From contig NC_086108.1 of the NCBI RefSeq assembly GCF_963921235.1, forward strand, positions 107,014,001-107,078,000: a stretch of DNA of 64,000 nucleotides, given 5' to 3'. The DNA is from Mobula hypostoma. Lineage: Eukaryota. The position numbers were made by a program, and so were the translations under genes. Every line of letters begins with the position of its first letter. Position 1 is the stretch's first letter. Shown here in pieces: positions 1-12,045 of this stretch. The notes under the pieces are model-generated. The model saw only the letters and a list, made by a program, of their open reading frames with translations. It was not told the DNA's origin and ran no database searches.

Positions 1-385
1 ATGTTCATTTATTTCAGAAATGTTAATGTCGCCCTGTAGCTGACAATAAGGGATGTGAATTAAGGCTCCTGACTTGAAACCCCAACTGTGTATTTTCCCA
101 CTATTCACCTGGGAGAGCTTCCTCTCATTCCTAGATGGTCAGTGGTCATATGACTCCAGCTGGGTCTGTCATTTTGTTTTTCTTTAAATTCCATATGTCA
201 ATCAGTATTTTAAGCGGCTGGACTGCAATAATGTTGGCCACAGCTGAGAAGAAACAGCTGCCGCACACGTGTAGTCCAGATATTTATAGGGTTCTTCTTT
301 GATAGTCTAACTTTTCTCCATGTTCATCGGATTTGAAATACATGCTAACTGACCAACGATGAAGCTGTTTGAAAATCTGCCATAC

Positions 386-525
386 CTGCTCTTAATACTT
401 TCAAAGTCGCTCTTGTACATTTGCTGAATTTTTAGTTTTTTTTTCATCAATTTATGGTGCTTTAAATCATAAAAAAAATCATGGTGTGTGGCATTGATTT
501 CAAACAGAGCTGAATCTTGGAGGAG
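386..525 (-). other. Possible orphan exon of an unidentified host gene or lncRNA
   Basis: Repeat-free island. Minus-strand acceptor ttttactatctcccatctgttctacAG, donor AG|GTATGG, 140 nt, open in phase 0 (LLQDSALFEINATHHDFFYDLKHHKLMKKKLKIQQMYKSDFESIKS). An alternative donor CAG|GTGAAT lies at 109/108. No recognisable homology. Confidence 0.2.
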
Positions 526-875
526 CTGTAGAACAGATGGGAGATAGTAAAAGCCTCCTGAGTACACGCAATCAGACTCCAATCTATCCCACTATATCTT
601 CACTACGTTTGTCTCTTTCCTGTCATTGGGGTCATGGAATTTTGACCTGGCCCTTACAGAGTGGATGGCTAAAATGTTCTGAGTTACTTGTCATTGTGAA
701 TGTTGCAGAGGCCTCTGATCAGTGACCAAACTGTATGGAATTGGAATTGGTTTATTATTGTCACATAGGACCATAAGACATTGGAGCAGAGTTAGGCCAT
801 CTGGCCCACTGAGTCTCCTCAACCATTCCATCTTGGCTTAATTCAAGTGGTCAAGTTTATTGTCATTTAACTATA

Positions 876-1194
876 CTTAATTTAAAGCATCCGTTAGTCT
901 TGCGACACCATGGATCCGTGCCTGGAAAGTCTTCACTCTCCAGAGCGCAGGCCTGGGCAAGGTTGTATGGAAGACCAGCAGTTGCCCATGCTGCAAGTCT
1001 CCCCTCTCCATGACACCAATGTTGTCCAAGGGAAGGGCATTAGGACCCATACAGCTTGGCACCAGTGTCGTCGTAGAGCAATGTGTGATTAAGTGCCTTG
1101 CTCAAGGACACAATACGTTCCCTCGACTGGGGCTCGAACTCACGACCTTCAGGTCGCTAGTCCAATGCCTTAACCACTTGGCCACGTGCTCACC
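876..1194 (-). mobile_element. tRNA-headed SINE with RTE-derived body and tail, full length
   Basis: Minus strand has A box TGGCCAAGTGG and B box GTTCGAGCC. The body matches the RTE 5'UTR-like elements at 9275-9815 and 39822-40270. 10-bp TSD TTTAACTATA at 866-875 and 1195-1204. Confidence 0.85.
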
Positions 1195-2329
1195 TTTAAC
1201 TATATACATACAGTATATACTGTCAAACAAAGCAATGTTTCTTCGGACTAGGGAGTAAAGCACATAACACACATATACTGTAACACACAATAACTTAGGA
1301 AAGTAATAATTAAACCTACAAATTATGTGTAAATAAATTCCAATTCCATACAGTTTGGTCACAAAGTGTTTATTATTCCTCTTAACTCCATTCTCCTGCC
1401 TTCTCCCTGTAACCATTGATGCCCTGACTAATCAATAATCTATCAACCTCCACTTTAAATATACCCAATGAATTTGCCTCCATGGCTGACTGTGCAATGA
1501 ATTCCACAGATTCACCACGTGTAATGAAGTACAGTGAAAAACCTAGATTTGCTTGCCATACATACAAAACATCAGCACACTGAAGCAGTACAAGGGAAAA
1601 GGGATAAAAGAAGAAGGATATTGTGTTACAATTACAGAGAAAGTGCAGTGCGGGCAGACAACAGGGTGAGACAGAGAGGTCAATGCAAGATCAAGTTTGT
1701 CTTTAATGTACAAGAGGTCTGCTTATGGTTGGGTTTATTGTCATCTCCCCTAATACACGTACACACAGGTACAATTAAAAACTTATTTGCTGAACTATCA
1801 CAGAATAATTCATAAGAAAAACATACATTCAACATAAGTGATGGATTTAAAAAAGAAAATGGGGAGCATAGTAGTGTCACTTTGCAGTGGTGAGTTCAGT
1901 TACCACCACTGTCTATAAGTAGTTTTCACGTTCTCCCCATGACTGCTCCATTGTAGAAACTCAGTGGTCGGATGGTCTTTACCCGTGACGTTCTGGGCTG
2001 TATCCACTACTTTTTGTTGGGAGTTTCATTCAAGCACATTGGTGTTCACATAGCAGTCTGTAGGAGACAACCAGAAAGCACATTCTCTGCTGCACATCTA
2101 TAGAGGTTTTGTCAGATTTTCAGATGGCATGATGAATCTTTGCAAACTTCTAAGTGAGTAGAGGCACTGCTCTTTGTAATGACAATCACATACTGGACCC
2201 AGGATTGATCCTTTGAAATGATAATGCCACAGGTGCGTTGATTGTTAGTGTAAATGATGCATTTCACTGCGTGTTTTGATGTGATAAATAAACATGAAAC
2301 TTGAATCTTAATGGGAGTTGGTTAAATTA

Positions 2330-3205
2330 GACCATAAGGTGTTGGAGCAGAAATAGGTCATTTTGCCCATCAAGTCTACTCCACCATTCAATCATCCCCA
2401 CTCCCCTGTCTTCTCCCCATACCCTTTGATGCCCTGGCTAATCAAGAATCTATCTATCTCTGCCTTAAGTGCATCCAATGACTTGGCTCCACAGCCGCTC
2501 GTGGCAACAAATTCCACAGATTTATCACCCTCTGAATAAAGTAATTTCTCTGCATCTCTGTTCTAAATGGATGTCCTTCAATCTTGAAGTCATGCCCTCT
2601 TGTCCTAGACTCCCCTACCATGGAGAATAACTTTGCCATTATCTAAACTGTTCAGGTCTTTTAACATTTGGAATGTTTCTATGAGATCCCCCCTCATTCC
2701 CCTGATCTCCAGGGAATACAGCCCAACAGCTGCCAGAAATTCCTCATATGGTAACACTTCCATTCCTGAAATCATTCTCGTGAATCTTCTCTGAACTCTC
2801 TCCAATGTCAGTATATCCTTTCTAATATAAAGAACCCAAAACTACACACAATACTCCAAGTGTGGTCTCACAAGTGCCTTATAGAGCCTCAACATCACAT
2901 CCCTGTTCTTATCTATACTTCTTGAAATGAATGCCAACATTGCATTCACCCTTTCACCACCGACTCAACCTGGAGGTTAACCTTTAGGGTATCCTGCACA
3001 AGGACTCCCAAGTCCTTTTGCATCTCTGCAGTTTGAATTCTCTCCCCATCTAAATAATAGCCCATTTATTTCTTCCACCAAAGTGCATGACCATACACTT
3101 TCCAACATTGTATTTCATTTGCCACTTCTTTGCCCATTCCCCTAAACTATTTAAGTCTCTCTGCAGGATCTCTGTTTCCTCAGCACTACCCGCTCCTCCA
3201 CCTAT
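2330..3205 (-). mobile_element. CR1 LINE 3' fragment (RT C-terminus plus 3'UTR)
   Basis: ORF pieces ERVQRRFTRMISG...RGDLIETF and SRTRGHDFKIEGHPFRTEMQRNYFIQRVINLWN; CR1-type tail CTTATGGTCT. Confidence 0.9.
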
Positions 3206-3377
3206 CCACTGTTTAGGACACCTTTTTTGGGTAAATAATACATTAATCTCTGTTACACCATAGAACTCACAATGTCAATGTTCCATCACACATCCTTACA
3301 TCCATGTCTGGTTAAGGACACAGGTCTCAATCCTACTCCACCAGGATCATTATCATGTACTTTCGTTCAACCACACA

Positions 3378-3505
3378 AGAGATTCTGCAGATTTTGGAAA
3401 TCCAGAGCAACACACACAAAATACTGCAGGAACTCAGCAGTCAGGCAGCATATATGGGGAGGAATAACCAGCCAATGTTTTGGGCCGAGACCCTTCATCA
3501 GGACT
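3378..3505 (-). mobile_element. Penelope-like pseudo-LTR fragment with decayed hammerhead
   Basis: Minus strand AGTCCTGATGAAGGGTCTCGGCCCAAAACATT (GAAA mutated to AAAA), followed by the same tail as 57490-57590. Confidence 0.8.
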
Positions 3506-3649
3506 TTTCTACAAACACCTGGATCTTGAACTAATCTGCACAACCCTAACCCTGCCTAAGCGATGGAGCACCACTTTCTACGAGTGTTAACATTAATATT
3601 ATATTCTGTTTTCAGATCTGACCTACCAAAATGAACCAATTCACACTTA

Positions 3650-4935
3650 AGAAATACTGGAAGAACTCAGCAGCATCTATGGAAACAAGTACAGTTGACA
3701 TTTTGGGCCGAGCTCTTCAGCATGACTGGAGAAAAAAAGCTGAAGAGTAGATTTAAAAGACTGGGGAAAGGAAGAGAGAAACATAAGGTGAAGGTGAAAC
3801 CTGAAGGGGGATGGATGAAGTAAAAAGCTGGAAAGTTGATTGGTGAAAGAGACAGAAGGCCGTGGAGAAAGAAAGGTTGGTAGGAGCACCAGAGGGAGGC
3901 GATGGGTGGGCAAGAAGATAAGGTGAGAGAGGGAAAAGGGGATGGGAAATAGTGAAGGGGGGGTGGGGGGCATTACCAGAAGTTCGAGATATCGATGTTC
4001 ATGCCATCAGGTTGGAGGATAGCTAAACAGAATATAAGGTGTTCCTCCAACCTAAGTGTGACCTCATCATGACAGTGGAGAAGGCCATGGATGGACATAT
4101 TGGAATGGGAATGGGAAGTGGATTTAAAATGGGTGAGCACTGGGAGAACCTGTATTTTCTGGTGGACGAAGCATAGGTGCTCGGCGAAGCGGTCTCCCAA
4201 TCTATATTGGGTCTCAGCAATATACAGGAGGTCATATTGGGAGCACCGGACTCAGTATATAACCCCAATAGACTCACAGATGAAGTGTCACCTCACCTGG
4301 AAGGACTGTTTAGGGCCCTGAATGGTAGTGAAGGAGGAGGTGTATGTGCTGGTGTAGCACTTGTTCCACTTGCCAGGAGGGAGATCAATGGGGAGGGATG
4401 AATGGACAAAGGAGTCACGCAGGGAGCAATGGCTGTGGAAAGCAGAAAGCTGGGGGAGAGAAAGCTGTGCTTGGTGGTGGGATCCCATTGGAGATGGCGG
4501 ACATTTCGGAGAATTATATGCTGGGAGGTGGTAGGTGAGGACAAGAGGAACCCTATCCCTGGTAGGGTGGAGAGAGGATGGGGTAACAGCAGATGTGCTT
4601 GAAATGGAAGAGATGTGATTGAGGGCAGCGTTGATGGTGGATGAAGGGAAGCCCCTTTCTTTGAAAAAGGAGGACATCTCCTTCATTCTAGAATGAAAAG
4701 CCTCATCCTGAGAGCAGATGCAGCAGAGGAATTGAGAGGATGGGATGGCATTTTTACAAGTAACAGGATGGGAAGAGGTATAGTTCAGGTAGCTGTGAGA
4801 GCCTGTGGGTTTATAATAGACATCTAGAGATAGAGACAGTGAGACCGAGAAAGAGGAGGAAGGGGTTTGAAATGGACCAGGTAAATTTGAGGGCAGGGTG
4901 AAAATTTCCAGCTTCTGCAAATTATCTCTTGTTTG
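3650..4935 (-). mobile_element. Penelope-like element (PLE), 3' part: RT thumb, linker, GIY-YIG endonuclease, pseudo-LTR; frameshifted
   Basis: DVYYKPTGSHSYLNYTSSHPVTCKNAIPSSQFL (PLE RT thumb); GVIY..RCS...LLYIAET...LGDRFAEHL...THFKSTSH...LIFCLAILQPDGMNIDISNF (GIY-YIG). Pyrimidine-rich tail with a degenerate hammerhead near 3693-3725. Confidence 0.9.
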
Positions 4936-5154
4936 TGATTGGATAACACTTCACACATCTGGGTTGAACTCCATCTGCCACTTCTCAGCCCAGTTCTGCA
5001 AACTATTGATGTCCTGCTGTAACCTCTGACAACCCTCCAGACTACCTACAACAGCCTCATGTCATCAGTAAACTTACTAACCCACCTTTATACTTCCTCA
5101 TCCAGGGCACATATAAAAATCACAAAGAGGAGGGATCCCAGAACAGATCCTTGC

Positions 5155-5535
5155 AGGTGAGTTTTTGATGGCCCTGGGTCTGTATTTAATGGAATTCGGA
5201 AGATTGGAGTGGAGGTGGATCTCACCGATTGGTGAAGGAACTCAATAGAGTAGATGTAGAGAGGATCTCACCGATGGTGGGAGTGTTTAGATCCAGAGGA
5301 CACTGCCTCAGAATAGAGGAGTGTTCATTTAGAACAGAAATGAAGTGGAATTTCTTTAGTTAGAGAGTGGTGAAACTGTGGAATTCATTGCCACCGATGT
5401 CAGGGCATGGAGGGATAGGGGAAGAAGGCAGAAGACTGGGGCTGAGAGGGAAAAAAATCAGCCATGATGAAAGAGTGGAGCAGACTCAATGGGCCAAATA
5501 GCCTAATTCTGCTCCTATATCTTATGGTCTTAAGG
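5155..5535 (+). mobile_element. CR1 LINE 3' fragment
   Basis: Degenerate RT C-terminus, 3'UTR GGCCAAATAGCCTAATTCTGCTCC and tail CTTATGGTCTTA. Confidence 0.8.
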
Positions 5536-5849
5536 TATAATTTTTATGTACAAGTTATATTTTGGGTGTTGTCTGTAACTACCCACATGTGATGCAAGAT
5601 TTTCCTTATACCTGTACCTCACCATACGCATAGCAATAAACCTCAGTCATCCGGGATGCCAATTTCCTATCTTGTTGTGAATTATTTCCAATTCTTCAGC
5701 GTGCACATTATGTCCAGCTGGGTTGGCAGTGTATTGCTTTACCCTGGACAAGCAGGGACCACAGTACAACCAATTGCTAACAGACGAGGAGATTCAGACT
5801 CCATTCACATCAGTTAATTTCAAGTAAACATTTTTTTTTTGAAAAAACA

Positions 5850-6385
5850 AAACCCTGGTTAAACCACAGTTTGTGCTCATTTCTGATCATCTCATTACAG
5901 GAAGGTTGTGGAAGCTATAGAGAGGGAGCAGAGGAGATATACCAGGATGCTGCTAGATTAGAGAGTGTGTCTTATGAGGGAAGGTTGAGCAAGCTTGGGG
6001 CTTTTTTTTTGGAGCGAAGGAGGACGAGAGGTGACTTTTTAAAGATATGCATACAAGACGATAAGAGACATTGGTAGAGTGGATAGCTAGAGACCTTTTC
6101 CCAGGGAGGAAATCAGTAATAAGAAGTGGCATAATTTTATGGTGATTGGAGGAAAGTATAAGGGAGTTATCAGAGATACATTTTTACACAGAGAGTGGTG
6201 AGTGCGTGGAACACCCTGCCAAGGGTGGTGGTAGAGGCAGATGCATTAGAGACAGTTAAGAGACTGAATGATAGAAAAATAGAGAGCTTTGTCAGAGGGA
6301 AGGGTGAGATTCATCTTAGTGTACGTTAAATACTTTGGGCCGAAGGGCCTGTACCTTGCTGCAATGTTCTATGTTCTGTGTTTTT
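5850..6385 (+). mobile_element. CR1 LINE 3' fragment
   Basis: LESVSYEGRLSKLG...ERRRTRGD, then TTTTTACACAGAGAGTGGTGAGTGCGTGGAAC and a GTTCTAT-type tail. Confidence 0.85.
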
Positions 6386-6716
6386 TTTTGTGTGTGTTCT
6401 TCAACTAGATTAAATTTGCTCTTCCTCATTCTAGACACCCCGGTGACGCTCATCCCTCCTTCCTCCAACTCCTACTTCCTTTCCATTAGGCTTACAAACA
6501 CCATTACCTCTGAAACAAATATATCTACCAACAATCCACTTTGCACACAGATTACATTCCCTTCCCTATAGTTCATAGGCAGAGCCCGAGAGCAGGGTAC
6601 GTTAGCACTGGAATGCGTGGTGGCACTTGCGGCCTGCTCCCAGCACACCCTTATGTGTGCTGGTTGTTGTCGCAAGTGGTGCCTTTTCACTCTACGTCTC
6701 GACACGTATGTACGTT

Positions 6717-6985
6717 GGGGGTGCCACAGTAGTGTAGCGGTGTGGGGTGCTAGAGTTTGGCATTCCATTCCGGTACTATCGGTAAGGAGTTTAGATGTGC
6801 TCCCCGTGACCACATAGGTTTCCTCTGGGTTCCCTAAGTCCAAAGACGTACTAGTTAGATATACCGGCTGGTAGGTTAATGGGTCATTGTAAATTGTCCT
6901 GCGATCCGGCTGGAGTTAAATAGGCAGCACGGCCCAAGGTGCCGAGAGAACTTGCTCTGCACTCTATCTCTAAATAAATAAAACA
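6717..6985 (+). mobile_element. V-domain SINE (HE1-type)
   Basis: Degenerate tRNA head, V-domain-like GGTTTCCTCTGGG...GTCCAAAGACGTAC...GGTAGGTTAATGGGTCATTGTAAATTGTCC, tail AAATAAATAAA. Confidence 0.8.
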
Positions 6986-7049
6986 AACAAATCTGAACTT
7001 GAATCTAAAACCTACTAAGCAAATATGGCCTTTCTAATTTGGATGTGGA

Positions 7050-7540
7050 AGCTTTAGAGAGGGAACAGAGAAGATTTCACCAGGATGCTGCCTGGATGCT
7101 GACTGGTCTTTTGAAGATCGGTTAAGCAAGCTAGGGCTTTTCTCTTTGGTGTGAAGGAGGATGAGAGGTGTCTTGATAGACTTATGCAAGATGGGGAGAG
7201 ACATAGATCGAATGGACAGTCAGAGAATTTTTTTCCCACGGTGGAAATGGCTAATACAGGGGAGCATAATTTTAAGATGATTGGAGAAATTATAGGAGAG
7301 GGATTGTCTTTCCACAGCATGTGATGGGTGGGTGGAATGCCCTGCCAGGTATGGTGGTAGAAGCAGATCAATTATGGATGTTTAAGAGTCTCTTGGATAG
7401 GCACATGGATGATAGAAAAATAGAGGGCTATTTAGAAGGGAAGATTAGATTGATCTTAGGGGAGGTGAAAAGGTCAGCACAGCATCGTGGGCCAATTAGC
7501 CTGTTCTGTGCTGTAGTGTTTTATGTTCAATGTTCTAATT
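7050..7540 (+). mobile_element. CR1 LINE 3' fragment
   Basis: GAAGATTTCACCAGGATGCTGCCTGG through WNALPGMVVEAD...FKSLLDRHMDDRKIEGY and the CR1 3'UTR. Confidence 0.85.
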
Positions 7541-7717
7541 ATTTCCCAGTTATAATACTAAGGCATTTGATGACAACATTCATATTCACAAAAGGAAATT
7601 TCAATAAAGCTTGCTTGCAATTTTGCACAAGTTCATGATGTGATCTTCGACAATATTACTCAACTGCATCGTCAGAACATGCCAAATAAAACCTTCGAGA
7701 ATATTGTCTTCACTCAC

Positions 7718-7816
7718 CTTTCAAAAGATTTGCTTGATAGAGCCTGTCACAGAAATAGCTGTCATGAATAGCCAAGATAATCAGTGCAGTCCCTGACCAG
7801 ATTCCAGTCATGACCC
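7718..7816 (-). other. Possible orphan exon (99 nt, phase 1-1)
   Basis: Consensus donor AAG|GTGAGT. Weak acceptor (cccccagtgaaacAG; alternative AG would start the exon at 7824). Open frame GVMTGIWSGTALIILAIHDSYFCDRLYQANLLK in a repeat-free island. Confidence 0.25.
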
Positions 7817-8520
7817 CTGTTTCACTGGGGGAATTAATATGCAGTTACAAGCGACTGCTAAGCAACATTAAGGGTCTCTCTGATTTTCATTTTTTCTCCT
7901 TTTTCACTTCCATGCCTTTAATTATTCCCCCTACACCAAGTTAATCTTTTTCCCATTCCGCACGTTGTCTGCAGACTTGAAGCAGCAGTTTTCATTGTAG
8001 CTTTCAATTGGATGAAGTTTGCAAACAATGTTAATTCCTTTCACTCAGCCATATGCTAAAGGGCAATTTGGGGCTTTGCCTTTGACCTGTGACTCTCCTT
8101 GTAGGCTCGTCCATCAGTGTAATGAGGGATTCAGTCGATCTTCTTTAGATGCCGTACTCTGCCCCAAGGGTGACGTCCTCTGAGTTCCATAGATGACTAG
8201 ATTTGATAAACCAAAAGCAATCTGATTAACTTCAGCAGCAGAAATTCTGCTAGCACAGCTTTTGTTTCATAGGACACAGAAGATTTCAGCACGGTACAGG
8301 CCCTTTGGCCCACAATGTTCTCCCAACCTTTTAACTGACTCTAAGATCAATCTAACCCTTCCCTCTCACATAGCCCTCCATTTTTCTTTCATCCGTGTGA
8401 CTAATGAAGAGTTCCTTAAATGCTCCAATATATCTAGCTCTACCACAACCTCTGTCAGGGCATTCCACATACTCACCACTTTCTGTGTAAAAATCTTACA
8501 TAACACACCATTTTTCTCTC

Positions 8521-8928
8521 CATAGAAACATAGAAAATAGGTGCAGGAGTAGGCCATTCGGCCCTTCGAGCCTGCACCACCATTCAGTATGATCATGGCT
8601 GATCATCCAACTCAGACCCTGTACCTGCCTTCTCTCCATACCCTCTGATCCCTTTAGCCACAAGGACCATATCTAACTCCCTCTTAAATATAGCCAATGA
8701 ACTGGCCTCAACTGTTTCCTGTGGCAGAGAATTTCACAGATTCACCACTCTCTGTGTGAAGAAGTTTTTCCTCATCTCGGTCCTAAAAGGCTTCCCCTTT
8801 ATCCTCAAACTGTGACCCCTCGTTCTGGACTTCCCCAACATCGGGAACAATCTTCCTGCATCTAGCCTGTCCAATTCCTTTAGGATTTTATACATTTCAA
8901 TAAGATCCCCCCTCAATCTTCTAAATTC
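8521..8928 (-). mobile_element. Young CR1 3' fragment nested in older CR1 debris
   Basis: EFRRLRGDLIEMYKILKELDRLDAGRLFPMLGKSRTRGHSLRIKGKPFRTEMRKNFFTQRVVNL; (TTTCTATG)n tail; same subfamily as 53098-53625 and 60471-61464. Confidence 0.92.
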
Positions 8929-9274
8929 CTCCACTGCATGACTATCTAAGAGTTTCCTAAATACTCTAATGTATCTGCCTCTACAACTGCCCCAACAACA
9001 TGTTTCATGCACTCATTATTCTCAGTGTAAAAACCGACCTCAGGCAACTCCCCTATACTTTTTCCAACCACCTGAAAATTATCTTCCTCCTTATGTTAGT
9101 CATTTCTGCCCTGGAAAATGCTCTCCTCTCAATCATGCTTTCCAATCCGGGCAGCATGTCTGATAACTCTTGTAAATCTGGGAAACACACTTCACACACC
9201 CTTCCCATTCAGTGAAAAGCTTCTGTTTGCGTGTCTCCCAGACTGATCATTCCATTCATAAATACAATCAATAT

Positions 9275-9815
9275 CTGAGTCTGAGGCCTCCGGCGGTCAG
9301 AGTTGACCATGGATGTTGCGTCCTGGGCTGTTTGATATGGAGAGAATGCTCTTGCCCATGTAGCAAGCTCCCCCTCTCCATGCATCTGATAAACTCAAAG
9401 GAACGGCCGGGACCTATACAGTTTGGTACCAACAGCATCGCAGGAGTTGCCAGCCAGCATTGAACTCAATATAGGACTGTCTTAGGGACTCCAGCTCCAG
9501 AGTTTTCCCTTGAGGTTTACTTCCGAAGCCTTCCCCATGAGTGGGTATGACCACAAGGCAGGGTTTTTTTTCTCCTAGCTGCCAACCATGGTTGACAAGA
9601 CTCATCTGCCCAAAGCAACTGGATTTAAGGGATCAGTAACCCACATTTGTCCCTTCTCCTGTCAGTAGAAATGGTTCCACCAAGCTTAGTAGCTAAGCCA
9701 CACGTGAAGACCAGGAGCTGGACTTGGTTTTCAGAGACTATATGAGGTGCGCGCCATTGGGAGCATTTAATAGGCAGAGGGATCCTATTCCCACTACACG
9801 CAGCACCCCCTGGCT
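9275..9815 (-). mobile_element. Non-autonomous RTE-derived element (5'UTR-like body plus RTE-type tail)
   Basis: No ORF. Colinear with 39822-40270 and 45715-45855 (CTGGCAACTCCTGCGATGCTG..GGTACCAAACTGTAT...TGGAGAGGGGGAGCTTGCT..ATGGGCAA). Tail CCATGGTCAACTCTGACCGCCGGAGGCCTCAGACTCAG. Confidence 0.65.
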
Positions 9816-10011
9816 GTAATAACCTTAAGAATAAAGAATCTAGTGTTCCCGTTACAGAGAAAGTGCACTGCAAGTAGATGTTGTGGCAAACTCTTTTATT
9901 ACTTACAGCAAAGAGATTTTTTGTATACATCCACTGGTGGTCCTGACCCTGTCCACTCAAAATTTAAGCCCAACAGAGATATAAAAACAGAGGACAGAAT
10001 TTTTAGTTCTG

Positions 10012-10303
10012 TTTTTATTTATTTAAAGATACAGTGTGGAACAGGCCCTTCTGGTCCAACGAGCTGCACTGGCCAGCAACCCACTGACTTAACGCCAGCT
10101 TAATCACAGGACAATTTACAATGACCAATTAACCTACTATCCAGTACTTCTTTGGACTGTGGGAGGAAACCGGAGTACCTGAAGGAAACCCATATGGTCA
10201 TGGGGAGTTTGTACAAACTCCTTTCAGACAGCGACGGAAAAGAATTCCGAATTCCGTCACTCCAAGCTGTAATGGAGTCACGCTAACTGTGACACTACCA
10301 TGG
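10012..10303 (-). mobile_element. V-domain SINE (HE1-type)
   Basis: Plus strand shows GGACAATTTACAATGACCAATTAACCTAC...TCTTTGGACTGTGGGAGGAAACCGGAG, the reverse complement of the V domain. Confidence 0.85.
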
Positions 10304-10545
10304 CACCAATCTCTTAAACTGCTCTAAGATCAATCTAACCCTTCTCTTCATTTTACCTTCATTCATGTACTCATCTAAGACTCTCCACAGCATCCAGGCA
10401 GCGTCCTGATAAATCTCCTCTGCACCCTCTCTAAAGCTCCTACTTTCTTCCTGTGACAAGGCAACCAGAACTGACCGCAATATTCCCAGCGTGGTCTAAC
10501 CAGGGTTTTATCGAGCTGTAACATTACTCAGCAGAGGAACTGGAG

Positions 10546-10705
10546 GAACTCAGCAGGGCAGGCGTCATTAATGGAGGGGAATAAACAGTCAATGTTTCGG
10601 GGTTAGACCCTTCATTAGGACTGTCCTAGAGTCTGGAAAAAGACTCCCGCCTGAAATGTCAGCTGTTTATTCCCCTGCATAGATGCTTCCTAACCTGTTG
10701 AGTTC
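10546..10705. mobile_element. Palindromic PLE pseudo-LTR mini-element
   Basis: Left arm GAACTCAGCAGG...GGGGAATAAACAGTCAATGTTTCGGG is the approximate reverse complement of the right arm CCTGAAATGTCAGCTGTTTATTCCCC...CCTGTTGAGTTC. Confidence 0.75.
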
Positions 10706-11205
10706 ATAGAAAATAGAACAGTACAGCACAGGACAGGAACAGGCCCTCCAACCCACAAAGTTGTGCTGAACCAGCTGAAAAAGCAAATGAAGAACACTCA
10801 AACACTAATCCCTCCTTCCTACACCATGTCTATATCCCTGCAACTTCCTTACATCCATGTGTCTATCCAAATGTATCTTAAAAGCCTCTAATGTTTTTGC
10901 CTCCTCCACCACACCAGGCAGCACATTCCAGGTATCCATGACTCTCTGAGTAAAAAACTTACCGTCACATCTCCTTTGAACCTACCCCTTGGGTATTATA
11001 CATTTCAAACCTAAGAAACAGATACTCTGTGTTCACTCTTTCTATGCCTCTCATAATCTTGTAAACCTCTATCAGATCTCTCCTCAGCTTCCAAAACTCC
11101 AGAGAAAGCAACCCAAGTTTATCCAGATTCTTGTGATAGCACATGCCCTCAAAACCAGGCAGCATCCTGGTAAGCCTCTTCTGCACCTTCTCCAAAGCTT
11201 CAACA
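10706..11205 (-). mobile_element. CR1 LINE 3' fragment
   Basis: DVEALEKVQKRLTRMLPGFEGMCYHKNLDKLGLLSLEFWKLRRDLIEVYKIMRGIERV plus 3'UTR. Confidence 0.88.
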
Positions 11206-11669
11206 TCCTCCAGCATGTTGTGTGTGTTCCTCAACATTTCCAGCACCTGGAGAGTCATTTGTCTTCATGACTTAATCTGAGTGGCTATGATTAAAATTTG
11301 CAAAATGTTGCTTCTCATCTGGTAGAATCTCAGGAAAATTAAGTATAATAATTCACACAATTTCTCCAGGGTCTCCACAGTTCAAGGTAGCATAACAGTG
11401 GGGCAGCGTTAACGTGCATAGTCAGAAATGACTGTCTATTGCAATCTGTTCAGGGACTTCTGCATAAGATATGTGAAACACGTACCAGAGAATCATAGCT
11501 TAGTAACTGGTTTATTACTGCCACATGTGCCGAGGTAAAGTGAAAAACTCAGTTTCACATGCCATTCTGACAGACCATTTCAGTATATATAGACAGAATA
11601 AAGGAAAAACAGAATGCAGAATAAAGCATTTGAATTAATGGGAAAGGGCAGCATAGACATACAAAAGAC

Positions 11670-12045
11670 TAGGAGTTATTCCCTGGAGTACAGGAGGGTG
11701 AGGTGCAGTCTTATAGAGGCTATATAAAATTTACGATGGGTATAGAAAGGGAAAATGCAAGCTGGCTTTTCCCCCTCAGGATGGGTGAGACTAGAAGTCA
11801 AGGGTTAAGGGTGAAAGGTGAAATATTCAAGGAGAACCTCAAGACAGTGAGAGTGTGGAACAAGCTGCCACCAGGAGTGGGGGATGCTGGTTCAATTGCA
11901 ACGTTTAAGAGAAGTTTGGATGGGACGGTTTGGAGAGATATAGTCTGGGTGCAGATAGATGGGACTGGGCAGAAAGTGAGACCTGCATAGACTGGATGGG
12001 CCAAAAGGCCTGTTTCTGTGTTGTAGTGCTCTGTGACTCTATGAT
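11670..12045 (+). mobile_element. CR1 LINE 3' fragment
   Basis: LFPLRMGETRSQGLRVKGE...VRVWNKLPPGVGDAGSIATFKRSLD; tail GACTCTATGA. Confidence 0.85.

Noticed and set aside
1110..1190. tRNA gene
   Set aside because: A and B boxes are present but there is no proper acceptor stem or terminator; it is a TSD-bounded SINE head.
9620..9815. Possible HDV-like ribozyme at the head of the 9275-9815 element
   Set aside because: Some hairpins are present (GCTTAG/CTAAGC) but I could not assign P1, P1.1 and J4/2 consistently in this copy; a family consensus is needed.
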